A stretch of 49,568 nt of DNA, from positions 1 through 49,568 of the forward strand of contig QKDR01000143.1 in the NCBI GenBank assembly GCA_003252515.1. Direction: 5' to 3'. Source of the stretch: Candidatus Delongbacteria bacterium (GTDB lineage Bacteria; UBA4055). The translations under genes were made by a program, and so were the position numbers. Positions 18,283 to 27,427 of this stretch are shown here, one piece after another. The first letter of the stretch is position 1, and each line of letters starts with the position of its first letter. The notes below the pieces were generated by a model. That model had not been told where the DNA came from. It saw only the letters and a program-made list of their open reading frames with translations, and did not search any database.

Positions 18283-19015
18283 TAATACCTTATCAGGTAA
18301 CGGGCAGATAAATTCTGCCCGTTTTTACTTGAATGATAAACCTAACATCAATCTGGCTGTTGTTTTTTCTTTTTTATTTTCGAGCGTGCTTTTTTTTACA
18401 TTTACACATTCCGTTTTACCGGCAATAATTTTTCTGTCTGTTAATACAGCTGCCGCTTTCTTTAAGAAAAATATATATTACAAGATTCTTATCCCTGTAT
18501 GGAATTACAGGATATTCCTTCTTTTCTCATTCTTATTTTCATTTTTGATGTCACATGATTTATTATCGTCTTCAAGACTATCTCTAAAATTCATTGTACT
18601 AATTTCCTTAAGCATATGGATGAATTACTTAATAGATTTTAAAGAGTTGCTCTTTATAATAGATAAAATGGGTACAAAAGTACTCCCTGCGTTTATTCAA
18701 CTCCATTTTATAAAAACCGTAAAATCTTTACTGCTGAGTATCGAATACACCCTAGAAATGATTTCTCATATCAGGGATCATAAGAACATAAAAACGACGA
18801 TGTCCGCAGATAAATCTTTTATCCGCAAAAATACTGAAATCTTTCTTTTACAATTCAACTTGGCTTTCAGTAAAGCCCGTGATCTCGAGATCAGGGATTT
18901 GAACTCTGAACATACTCATCAATATTCTTCCGCCGGTTATCAGCTAAGCAGATCTGATATTGCAGGAATTATATTATCATTGACCATTGTATTTCTTATC
19001 CCGTTCTCATCATGA
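18275..19015 (+). CDS. Divergent EcfT/CbiQ-like membrane protein
   Basis: About four N-terminal TM helices, a soluble helical region ending AFSKARDLEIRD (compare RA..L..AMEARG), a final TM helix, and position immediately upstream of truA. Confidence 0.5.
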   Translation: MTDNTLSGNGQINSARFYLNDKPNINLAVVFSFLFSSVLFFTFTHSVLPAIIFLSVNTAAAFFKKNIYYKILIPVWNYRIFLLFSFLFSFLMSHDLLSSSRLSLKFIVLISLSIWMNYLIDFKELLFIIDKMGTKVLPAFIQLHFIKTVKSLLLSIEYTLEMISHIRDHKNIKTTMSADKSFIRKNTEIFLLQFNLAFSKARDLEIRDLNSEHTHQYSSAGYQLSRSDIAGIILSLTIVFLIPFSS

Positions 19016-19740
19016 ACATAATGCTGAAAATACAATATGACGGAACGAATTTTTTCGGTTCTCAGATACAACCGGCAGGACGAACTGTTCAGGGAGAACT
19101 CGAATCTGTTCTTAATCAAATGTACTCAGCCAGGATTGTCACTGTCTTTTCTGGCAGAACTGATTCGGGAGTACACGCCAGAGAGCAGGTAGTGAATTTT
19201 CATATACCCGAAAGTAAAATTCCGCCGGAAAAGATATTTCATCCTCTGAATAGCCTTCTGCCCAACGATATACTTGTGATTTCTTCAGAAAAAGCTGATG
19301 ATGATTTTAATTCCAGATACAGTGCAAAAATGAGGACATACAGATATTTTTTCGGAAGGGAGCATAACCTTTTCAGAGAGAAGTATTCCCTCATATGTCC
19401 GTACGATATAAAGATCGAAGAACTCAACACTGCCGCTCATATTCTTATCGGCAAGAAAGATTTTCAGTCTTTCTGTTCATCGAATGCAGAAGTCAACAAT
19501 TATATTTGCAATGTAAAGAAAATACTATTCTTCAAATATAATGACGAAGTTGTTATGGAGATTACAGCTGACAGGTATCTTCAGAACATGGTCAGGATCA
19601 TCGTATCTGTATTCCTTGAATTTAACAGAGGAAAAATATCACAAAATGATATCTTGAACATTTTAGAAAAAAAAGACAGGCGGTCAGCACCCAAGACTAT
19701 ATCTCCTAAAGGCCTGTTCTTGTGGAAAGTCGATTATTGA
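19012..19740 (+). CDS. truA: tRNA pseudouridine(38-40) synthase
   Basis: IQYDGTNFFGSQIQP...TVQ, SGRTDSGVHA, YLQNMVRII, PKGLFL. Confidence 0.96.
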   Translation: MNIMLKIQYDGTNFFGSQIQPAGRTVQGELESVLNQMYSARIVTVFSGRTDSGVHAREQVVNFHIPESKIPPEKIFHPLNSLLPNDILVISSEKADDDFNSRYSAKMRTYRYFFGREHNLFREKYSLICPYDIKIEELNTAAHILIGKKDFQSFCSSNAEVNNYICNVKKILFFKYNDEVVMEITADRYLQNMVRIIVSVFLEFNRGKISQNDILNILEKKDRRSAPKTISPKGLFLWKVDY

Positions 19741-21500
19741 TCAGTAAAAATCACAGGCATAAGTGTCAAAGGTTTATTGCCGTATAACATGATCATTCTG
19801 ATATTTTCAATTTCGTCTGCAAAATAACCACTGTCTTTAAACGGAGTTTTGACAGCAGTCTCCATTCCTTCGGTACTGAATATCTTTTCAGAAAAAGACC
19901 TGTTCTCAGGGAACCCGATAATATCATAATTCTCAATACCGGCTAACCTCGCCGCTTCTTCTATTGCAGAATTAATACCGCCGATATCATCGACAAGCCC
20001 GTTCTCTTTCGCCTGTCTTCCTGTCCATATCTGTCCCTGAGCGATCTGTTCAAGGCTGTCTGGATCAATGTTCCTTCCTGAAGATACTCTTCCCTTGAAT
20101 TCTATATATACTCTCTCCATCGCTTTTCTCATTATTTCGCTGTCTTCTGCCGATTTTTCTTTTGTCAGATCAAAAATATCCGAATATTTTCCGCGTACTA
20201 TTTTTTCGTTGTTGATCCCGATAGAATCAAGCATTTTTTTAAAATTGGGGATCATTGAAACTACGCCTATCGATCCGGTGACAGTATACGGATCCGCGAA
20301 TATCCTGCTTCCGTGACAGGATATATAATATCCTCCCGAAGCTGCGATCGAACCCATTGAAACGACAACAGGCATATCACCCTTCAGATTGATGATCTGT
20401 CTGAGAATCTTCTCAGATGCCAGAGCTGATCCTCCCGGCGAATTAACCCTTAGTACAACTGCCTTGATCTTATCGTCTTTTCTTATCTTTTTCAATATTC
20501 TGTCGAACTTGACAGGATTAATTACCGGCTCTGAAAACGCTGTCTCCTCATCAGAATCGACAATATTTCCTTCCGCATATATGACGGCAACTCTTTCCGT
20601 ATTATCATACGTTCTTTCTCGACTGTAATCTTCCAACCTCACCAACTGCTTTTCACCGATCATCCTCTCTGACAACATCTTATCGTACGGGAGTAAACGG
20701 TCTACAAGATCCATCTCCAGGGCTTCCTCTAGAGTAATTAATACTATTTCACCGTTCATCACCTTTTTAAAAACTTCAGCTTTCTCCAATTTTCTTTTTT
20801 CAGAAACGGTACCGGTAAAGAGATCAAGCCTGTCATCAATTATCCTTTCAATACTTGTTCTGAACTGATCGGACATTTTATCCCTTGTAAAATTCTCACC
20901 CGATCCTTTGTATTCACCGATATGAATAACCTCAACATTCATTCCTATCTTATCACCTATATCTTTGAAATACGGTACGCTTACGCTCATTCCGTTAAGA
21001 AGAATAGTAGCAGAAACTGAAGGATCGGCAATTATTTCGTCTGCTGAAAGCGCGGCCAGGTAATTACCTTTATCGAACCCGCTTCCGTAAGCTATGATCT
21101 CTTTATTATTTTCCCGGAATTTATTAAGAACATCTGAAAGTTCATGAGTATGCTCAAACGAAAGTTCCCAGTTGTCCAGGTCCAAAATAACACCTTTTAT
21201 CCTTCTGTCTTCTGAAGCAAAACTTACTTTCTGGAGAACTTCACCGAAAATTTGTTTCTTTCTGCTCAGATCACCAGGTGTAAAATCTTCAATATCAATA
21301 ATTTCAGATGGAGCTTCTAAAATATCAGAAGAAAAACTCAGTACCAAATATGACTCGTAAGGGATTGTTACATTTTTAAAATTTTCATATGATAATTTAG
21401 CGACAAAAGCCATTATAAAAAATATCAGAACAGCAAAAACTATAATGACTGTGAAAATAGTTTTGAAAAGCCACTTCAATGCATCACTTAATGTTCCCAA
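19734..21500 (-). CDS. sppA: Signal peptide peptidase SppA (67K type)
   Basis: LRVNSPGGSALASE, SMGSIAASGGYYIS, TGSIGV, GQIWTG; tandem S49 domains. Confidence 0.95.
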   Translation of the reverse strand: MGTLSDALKWLFKTIFTVIIVFAVLIFFIMAFVAKLSYENFKNVTIPYESYLVLSFSSDILEAPSEIIDIEDFTPGDLSRKKQIFGEVLQKVSFASEDRRIKGVILDLDNWELSFEHTHELSDVLNKFRENNKEIIAYGSGFDKGNYLAALSADEIIADPSVSATILLNGMSVSVPYFKDIGDKIGMNVEVIHIGEYKGSGENFTRDKMSDQFRTSIERIIDDRLDLFTGTVSEKRKLEKAEVFKKVMNGEIVLITLEEALEMDLVDRLLPYDKMLSERMIGEKQLVRLEDYSRERTYDNTERVAVIYAEGNIVDSDEETAFSEPVINPVKFDRILKKIRKDDKIKAVVLRVNSPGGSALASEKILRQIINLKGDMPVVVSMGSIAASGGYYISCHGSRIFADPYTVTGSIGVVSMIPNFKKMLDSIGINNEKIVRGKYSDIFDLTKEKSAEDSEIMRKAMERVYIEFKGRVSSGRNIDPDSLEQIAQGQIWTGRQAKENGLVDDIGGINSAIEEAARLAGIENYDIIGFPENRSFSEKIFSTEGMETAVKTPFKDSGYFADEIENIRMIMLYGNKPLTLMPVIFTDQ

Positions 21501-21514
21501 AAAGCCCTCCTATT

Positions 21515-23110
21515 CTACTGTGAAATATTCAGGTAATTGATCTCACCACTCTTTATATTGATGAAATCAGGCAGTATTCTGTAAGTAACTTTATTATATT
21601 CCAGCATATCTCTGAAAACCAGTATTTTTGAAAGTGAAATACTTTTTAGAGAGAATATTATACTGTTAACCTGCTCTATTTTTATTATTTCTCTTATATT
21701 ATCTATATTACCTAATACCGCATATTTATCTATACTTTTGCCAAGGTATTCCTGACCTGTGTCAACATACCCGATTATACTTTTTCCTTCGTTAGCCAGA
21801 ATATTGTCATATCCGGTCAGTTCACTTGAAACATCATCTATACCTACAATAAGCGTTTTATCCAGGAAAAATCGTATCCTTCTTAACAGAATATATCTCC
21901 AGACGAACATTAGGCCTGTTGTAATTGCCAGCATAACTGCAAGGATTACTCTGGAATAAGCAAAGATCTTCATAAAATAAGTTATGCTCATCGATAAAAG
22001 AATAAAATAGCTTACTGAAAATATAAATTTCTTATATGAGAACTTAAACTCGCCGTAGAGTTTTGAGAAATAGAAGATCAGAAGAAGTATCAGGATATAA
22101 ATAAGTGAGACTCCGATATACATATCGAAGCTGATCGTGGACTTGCTTTCCGCATCGATTTTATCAAGAAATATTAGCACGGGCCTGTAGAACAGCAGTG
22201 CCGCCCATAATCCTGTTACATATGACAGAATATCAATTATCGGTAAAAGGTACATTCTGAATATTATCTTTCCTATCGAAACAAGAAAGGAGAACATAAT
22301 GGCAATGTCAAGAATGAACTTAAAAAATAAAGAATATTTCGATGTATAGTTTTTCTTTACGAATATCTTCATTGAATCAAAGAAATATTTCCTTAACTTT
22401 ATTTTATCTTTCTTGGAGCTCTGTCCCCTGTAATGAACAATTTCAGAAATCGGTACATATTCTATCTTATAACCTTGCCGTTTTATCTGATAGCAGAAAT
22501 CAATATCCTCGCCGTACATAAAATAATCTTCCGGCATTAATATCCCTTCGTCTATGATATTTCTTCTTAAAAGCATGAATGAACCTGATACGGCATCAAC
22601 TTCAGCTATCCTGTCGTCTTCCAGATATAGAAGGTTGTAGCTTGAGAACAGTCTCGAATTCGGGAACAGTTTGCTCAAACCGGAAAGATGACAGAAAGAA
22701 TTCCATATGGTCGGGAAAGATCTGTGACAAGAGGCGTCCAAAGTTCCCTCCGGACCTATGATCTTACAAGTTACAAGACCGGTTTTTTCATTCTTCTTAA
22801 GATATTCTACAAGCAGATTGACGGATTTCTCTTTTACGATGGTATCGGGATTGAGGATCAGTACATAATCACCTTTCGCTATCTTAAGTCCCTGATTATT
22901 CGCTTTCGCGAAACCGAGATTCGAATCATTGTAAATATAGTTTATATCATTGAACTTTGAAAGAATATGCTCTCTGCTTCCGTCTCTGGAAGCATTGTCG
23001 ATAATTATGATTTCATAACTGAGATTGCGGACAGTATCTTTCAAAGATCTGATAGTGTTCTCTAGGAAATATTTAACGTTATAATTGACTATTACAACAG
23101 AAAGGTCCAT
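21515..23110 (-). CDS. GT2 glycosyltransferase with C-terminal TM helices and CoA-binding-like domain
   Basis: SVVIVNYN, DNASRDGS, NLGFAKANNQG, LNPDT, FMYGEDID; C-terminal KTLIVG...IIGYVD. Confidence 0.9.
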   Translation of the reverse strand: MDLSVVIVNYNVKYFLENTIRSLKDTVRNLSYEIIIIDNASRDGSREHILSKFNDINYIYNDSNLGFAKANNQGLKIAKGDYVLILNPDTIVKEKSVNLLVEYLKKNEKTGLVTCKIIGPEGTLDASCHRSFPTIWNSFCHLSGLSKLFPNSRLFSSYNLLYLEDDRIAEVDAVSGSFMLLRRNIIDEGILMPEDYFMYGEDIDFCYQIKRQGYKIEYVPISEIVHYRGQSSKKDKIKLRKYFFDSMKIFVKKNYTSKYSLFFKFILDIAIMFSFLVSIGKIIFRMYLLPIIDILSYVTGLWAALLFYRPVLIFLDKIDAESKSTISFDMYIGVSLIYILILLLIFYFSKLYGEFKFSYKKFIFSVSYFILLSMSITYFMKIFAYSRVILAVMLAITTGLMFVWRYILLRRIRFFLDKTLIVGIDDVSSELTGYDNILANEGKSIIGYVDTGQEYLGKSIDKYAVLGNIDNIREIIKIEQVNSIIFSLKSISLSKILVFRDMLEYNKVTYRILPDFINIKSGEINYLNISQ

Positions 23111-23122
23111 TTAAGAATCCGT

Positions 23123-23866
23123 TTATTTCTTCCCGAAAATATAAGGAAATCTAAGCTTCCATACCATTAATATAGCTTCTCTGACAATCGCCTTACCCAT
23201 CTTGGAATTACCGTCCACTCTGTCTGTAAAAATTATAGGCATTTCCTTGATCCTGAAATCTTTTTTCCAGGTTCTGAAGTGCATTTCGATCTGAAAAGAA
23301 TAGCCGTTTGAATGAATATTGTCAAGGTCTATTGATTCTATTACTTTTCTTCTGAAACATTTGAAACCTGAAGTCGCATCTTTTAAAGGCATTCCTGTAA
23401 TTATTCTTGTATAAAAAGAAGCACCAATGCTCAGAAGCAACCTTTTCAACGGCCAGTTAACCACATTTACACCCTGAATATACCTTGAACCGATCACCAG
23501 ATCATAATTTTTTATCTCTTTCAACAGCCTTGAAACATCTTTCGGGTCATGTGAAAAATCGCAGTCCATCTCAATGATCAGATCATAATCCCTTTCCAGC
23601 GCGTATCTGAATCCTTCAATATATGCAGTTCCAAGCCCCAGTTTTCCGGAACGTTCTACCAGATGAACATTTTTATTATTTATAGAAATTTCTTTAACTT
23701 TAGTGCCGGTGCCGTCAGGTGAATTATCATCTACAATGAGAACATCAGGAGCTTCCGGTAATCCTGTAACAGTGCTTATCATTTTTTCAACGTTCTCGAT
23801 TTCGTTGTATGTTGGAATAATCACTAAGGTCTTTTCAGATCTTACATCCTTTTCTTTTGAACTCAA
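23123..23866 (-). CDS. Polyprenol monophosphomannose synthase (DPM1-like GT2)
   Basis: IIPTYNE, VDDNSPDGT, KLGLGTAY, MDCDFSHDP, GYSFQIEM. Confidence 0.93.
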   Translation of the reverse strand: MSSKEKDVRSEKTLVIIPTYNEIENVEKMISTVTGLPEAPDVLIVDDNSPDGTGTKVKEISINNKNVHLVERSGKLGLGTAYIEGFRYALERDYDLIIEMDCDFSHDPKDVSRLLKEIKNYDLVIGSRYIQGVNVVNWPLKRLLLSIGASFYTRIITGMPLKDATSGFKCFRRKVIESIDLDNIHSNGYSFQIEMHFRTWKKDFRIKEMPIIFTDRVDGNSKMGKAIVREAILMVWKLRFPYIFGKK

Positions 23867-24311
23867 TCAATTTCTCCTTAAAATTATTATCCGATAAAGC
23901 CAGTATCTGCACCGCAGTAATTGCCGCATTCTTTGCTCCGGCATTGCCTACTGACAAAGTCGGTACAGGAACACCGGCCGGCATCTGAACCATCGAAAGC
24001 AGAGCATCGAGCCCGTCCATGATACCTCCTTTCATAGGTACTCCAAGAACAGGAAGTACCGTATGAGCCGCTACGACCCCGCCGAGATGAGCCGCCATAC
24101 CGGCTGCTGTTATGATCACTTTTATTCCTCTTTTGTCAGCATTCCGTGCGAACTCAGCCACTTCATCAGGATTTCTGTGCGCCGATAATATCTTTATTTC
24201 ATATTCGGTTCCGAAATAATTAAGATAGTCCTCACAGTTCTTCATTGTTTCAGAATCACTGGGACTTCCCATAATTATTGCTACTTCAGGCATCTTTCCT
24301 CCATGTTCCAT
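23835..24311 (-). CDS. purE: N5-carboxyaminoimidazole ribonucleotide mutase
   Basis: IIMGSPSD, SAHRNP, AGMAAHLGGVVAA, LLSMVQMPAGVPV. The true start may be the second Met (24293). Confidence 0.96.
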   Translation of the reverse strand: MEHGGKMPEVAIIMGSPSDSETMKNCEDYLNYFGTEYEIKILSAHRNPDEVAEFARNADKRGIKVIITAAGMAAHLGGVVAAHTVLPVLGVPMKGGIMDGLDALLSMVQMPAGVPVPTLSVGNAGAKNAAITAVQILALSDNNFKEKLIEFKRKGCKI

Positions 24312-24507
24312 ATATGTTATTTTACTTATTTTTTCAGCGTTATATTATAAATCTCCTGAATGAGAAAGTTCAATAATAAAAAATTAATCCGACTTATGCA
24401 AATAAAATGCACTGAATTTTATGAGAATTTTTTATGATATATTTCATTTCTTTTAAGAATATGTTTGCTTATAATTAATAAAATTGAAAAAGTGGAGAAA
24501 ACTGTAA

Positions 24508-26043
24508 GTGAAAACTATATTAAAAGTGGTATTATTAACAGGATTGTTAGGTAATTATATTTGGGGAACGACGATTGACGATCCTGTCGGAATAGGCAGG
24601 ATAAGTTTTTTGTCCGCAGAATGGGATAATGCCTACAATATTGATATATCAAGAAATACGATCTCAGAACATATTTCAAGAAACGAAGCTACGGTCCTTT
24701 TTATGTTCTATGCATGTATGTCCTGAACAGGATTAGCGATACTGCCGGAGGCAGTCAATCTTCAGAAGGCATTAAGATCGCAAAAAAACAACCTCCAGTA
24801 TTTCACTGTTGGAGGTTCTACAAATATTTCACGATACGAAGAGCTGCTTGAATTTAAGATCATTAATGACCTCTATTTCCCTTTATCAACTTTTTTTGAA
24901 CTCGGATACCTTTATACAGATTATTTCCCGAATACATTCACTTTCATTGGTAAATACAATCATATAATCGGCACTCTGGATGCGGACGCGTCAGTTGAAG
25001 ACATCGAGATAATGCTGAACAGAACTGCCTGTACTTTCAATGATATTTATGCCTTGAAATTCAATGACAGGCTATTACTTACCGACACAACAGAAACGAT
25101 CAATCTGAACGAAATATTTTATATCGGAGATATATCGAATGTTGAGTTTCAGATCAAGGAACAGGATAATCTGATTCCTGTTGTATCAGAGATAGATGGC
25201 AGTAAGCTTATTTTAAATAAAACTGACTTTCCGGGTTACGCCAGACTTAAAATTATAGCCAAACCTAAAGATAAGAAATATTATTGCCAGTTCGACCTTG
25301 AGATAATTAATCCGGGGTCTATGTATGAAGATTTTGAATATTCTGATTTCAGCGAATCATCTTTACCGTGGATAAACGATCAGCGCGAGCCCTGGTATGT
25401 AACAAACGAAGCTTCTTATCTCGGATCTTCATCATTACGGTCAGGAAATATCCTGCCCGGTCAATCATCTTCTGTCGGCTTTGATCTTGATCTGAAAGAG
25501 CCCGGCACTTTAGTTTTTGCTTATAAAACATCTACTAGACCTTATTTTGACAGGCTGATATTTTCAATAGACGGGCTGATTATTTCGGATCTTGAAAGTC
25601 CGTATCTCTGGTCTGACATGAACGATTGGAGAGTTCTTTCTTACAGCATACGTGCGGGAGAAAGATCAATAAAATGGGAATATAAAAAAGATGTTTATGA
25701 CCCGATGAATGAAGATGCTGTATGGATTGATGCTGTAGTAATACCTGATAAATTTAATAAGAACAGTATCTCAGCTGTTAACGACAAATCTTTATTATAT
25801 GCGCATCCGAACCCGTTCAATCCTGTTACGGAGATCACATTTGAGCTGCCTGACAAAATCCATTCTGAACTTATAATCTTTGATTCAAAGGGAAGAGAGG
25901 TCGAAAAATTATTTAGCGGAGACCTTGAGAAGGGTAAATATAATTTCAGCTTTAACGGAAGCAGATATTCAAGCGGTTTATATTATTCCGTCTTAAAATA
26001 CGGGAACAAAGTTCTGACGAATAAATTAATTCTGACTAAATAG
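24508..26043 (+). CDS. Predicted exported selenoprotein: signal peptide, thioredoxin-like CxxU domain, beta-sandwich domains, T9SS-type C-terminal sorting domain (511 aa, Sec73)
   Basis: ORFs 24508-24726 and 25012-26043 share a frame. The only stop is TGA 24724-24726 in C-M-S-U. The 95 codons between are open (TGLAILPEAVNLQKAL...YFPNTFTFIGK). A SECIS-like hairpin follows; the tail reads YAHPNPFNPVTEITFELP...SGLYY...KLILTK. Confidence 0.8.
24729..24762 (+). promoter_or_regulatory. Candidate bacterial SECIS element
   Basis: Lower stem AGGATT/AATCTT, upper stem ACTGCC/GGCAGT, apical loop GGA starting 21 nt after the TGA. Confidence 0.75.
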
Positions 26044-27361
26044 ATTTCATCAGATAATCATTAAAGTTCTTCCCTAATTCCGTATACAGATCATACAGCT
26101 TTTTAACACTTGCCTTTTCCACCCACTCATCCGCTCTATGTGAATTCCATCCTACAGGACCGCAGATGATAACAGGGATTTCAGGATTATAACGTCTGAA
26201 CACATTCTCATCCGCAACTGAATATCCCATATTATAGTTTCTGAATCTTCCGACCTTGTTGACACATTCTCTTACATAATTTGTAAACCGATCGTTCGAA
26301 GGTGTAAGATATGCTTCGCTGTAAGGTGTCGGTCTGTCCTTTAATCTAATACCTGCTTTCTTTACATTGCCTTCGATAGTCACCGGTTTCAGAATTTTCT
26401 TTTTATACAATCCGGCAATAAAATGTTTTAGAGTTCCCCTCAGTTTTCCAATATTCGTTAGTGGTGTAAAAGTACAGTCTATTACGATTCTTCCCGATGA
26501 CGGTATGGAAAGGCTTTCGTTACCGCAGTCAATTTTAGAGATGAACATGGATCCTTCAATCTCGTCGACAGCAAATTTATCAGGAACTTCTTCTGAATTG
26601 AATCTGAAAACATCTCTATAGTCTTTCCTGAACTTCTCGAACTCAACGCAGAATTTCGAAGCCTCAACTGCGGCATTAATAAAAGTCGGGTGTCCTGAAA
26701 TGGCTCCGTGCCCGCCCGTTCCGAAGAAATCCAGCTCGAACTCACAGCGTCCCAATCTTCCTATTCCTATTGTACCGTATCCGTAGAATTTATTGGGACC
26801 GTCCCCGATCTCAGGAACTACGACCGCTTTAACATCATCCATAAATGTGTTTTGTGCCAAAACGTTAGCACCTAGAGAATAAAATTCCTCATCTGCTCCG
26901 AATGCCACTTTGATCTTATAGCCTACAGGATCAATATTTTTAAAAGCCGTACTGATGACAGCAAGACCCGCCTTCATATCGTTTGACCCAAGACCCAAAA
27001 TGACCTCCCTGTTCTTACCCTGAAAATTTACTTTACCGGCCTTTGGGGTAAGAGCGCTTTTCTTTGACTTCCATGGTTGTGACGATACTGTATCGGAATG
27101 TCCGTAAAAAAGTATTGAATTATCACCCGATCCTTTCTCTCCAAGTATATTATAGTACTTCTTACCGTTTAGATCTTCGTGAACGAATTGTTTCTCTACT
27201 TTAAATCCTGCTTCTTTCAGCTTTTGAGATAAGATATTATTGATCTTCGTTTCATTTCCTGAGAGATAATATTTTCTATTCTTCTTACCTATCTTGAACG
27301 GATTTCTGGAATCTGTCTTGATAAGCTCCTCTAGCACTTCTATAACTTCATTTCCGGCCAT
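26036..27361 (-). CDS. M20 family metallopeptidase/deacylase (ArgE/DapE-like)
   Basis: GHSDTV, GLGSNDMKAG, DEE, PE, HRADE metal-binding motifs. Confidence 0.88.
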   Translation of the reverse strand: MAGNEVIEVLEELIKTDSRNPFKIGKKNRKYYLSGNETKINNILSQKLKEAGFKVEKQFVHEDLNGKKYYNILGEKGSGDNSILFYGHSDTVSSQPWKSKKSALTPKAGKVNFQGKNREVILGLGSNDMKAGLAVISTAFKNIDPVGYKIKVAFGADEEFYSLGANVLAQNTFMDDVKAVVVPEIGDGPNKFYGYGTIGIGRLGRCEFELDFFGTGGHGAISGHPTFINAAVEASKFCVEFEKFRKDYRDVFRFNSEEVPDKFAVDEIEGSMFISKIDCGNESLSIPSSGRIVIDCTFTPLTNIGKLRGTLKHFIAGLYKKKILKPVTIEGNVKKAGIRLKDRPTPYSEAYLTPSNDRFTNYVRECVNKVGRFRNYNMGYSVADENVFRRYNPEIPVIICGPVGWNSHRADEWVEKASVKKLYDLYTELGKNFNDYLMKSI

Positions 27362-27427
27362 AAACCCTCTCCTTCGAATATCTATTCCTGTATTATATAA
27401 AAAATGTCATTGTTTTAACAGCGAAAT

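Noticed and set aside
24724-24726. Genome-wide UGA reassignment (genetic code 4 or 25) as the explanation for the in-frame TGAs
   Set aside because: ftcd, pdxJ and truA end in TGA at their expected C-termini, and long genes use TGG for Trp with no internal TGA. Both in-frame TGAs sit at Cys-like redox positions.
24508-26043. Pseudogene with a nonsense mutation
   Set aside because: Not fully excluded, but there is a single lesion, it completes a CxxU motif, a SECIS-like hairpin follows, and a second selenoprotein gene lies in the same window.
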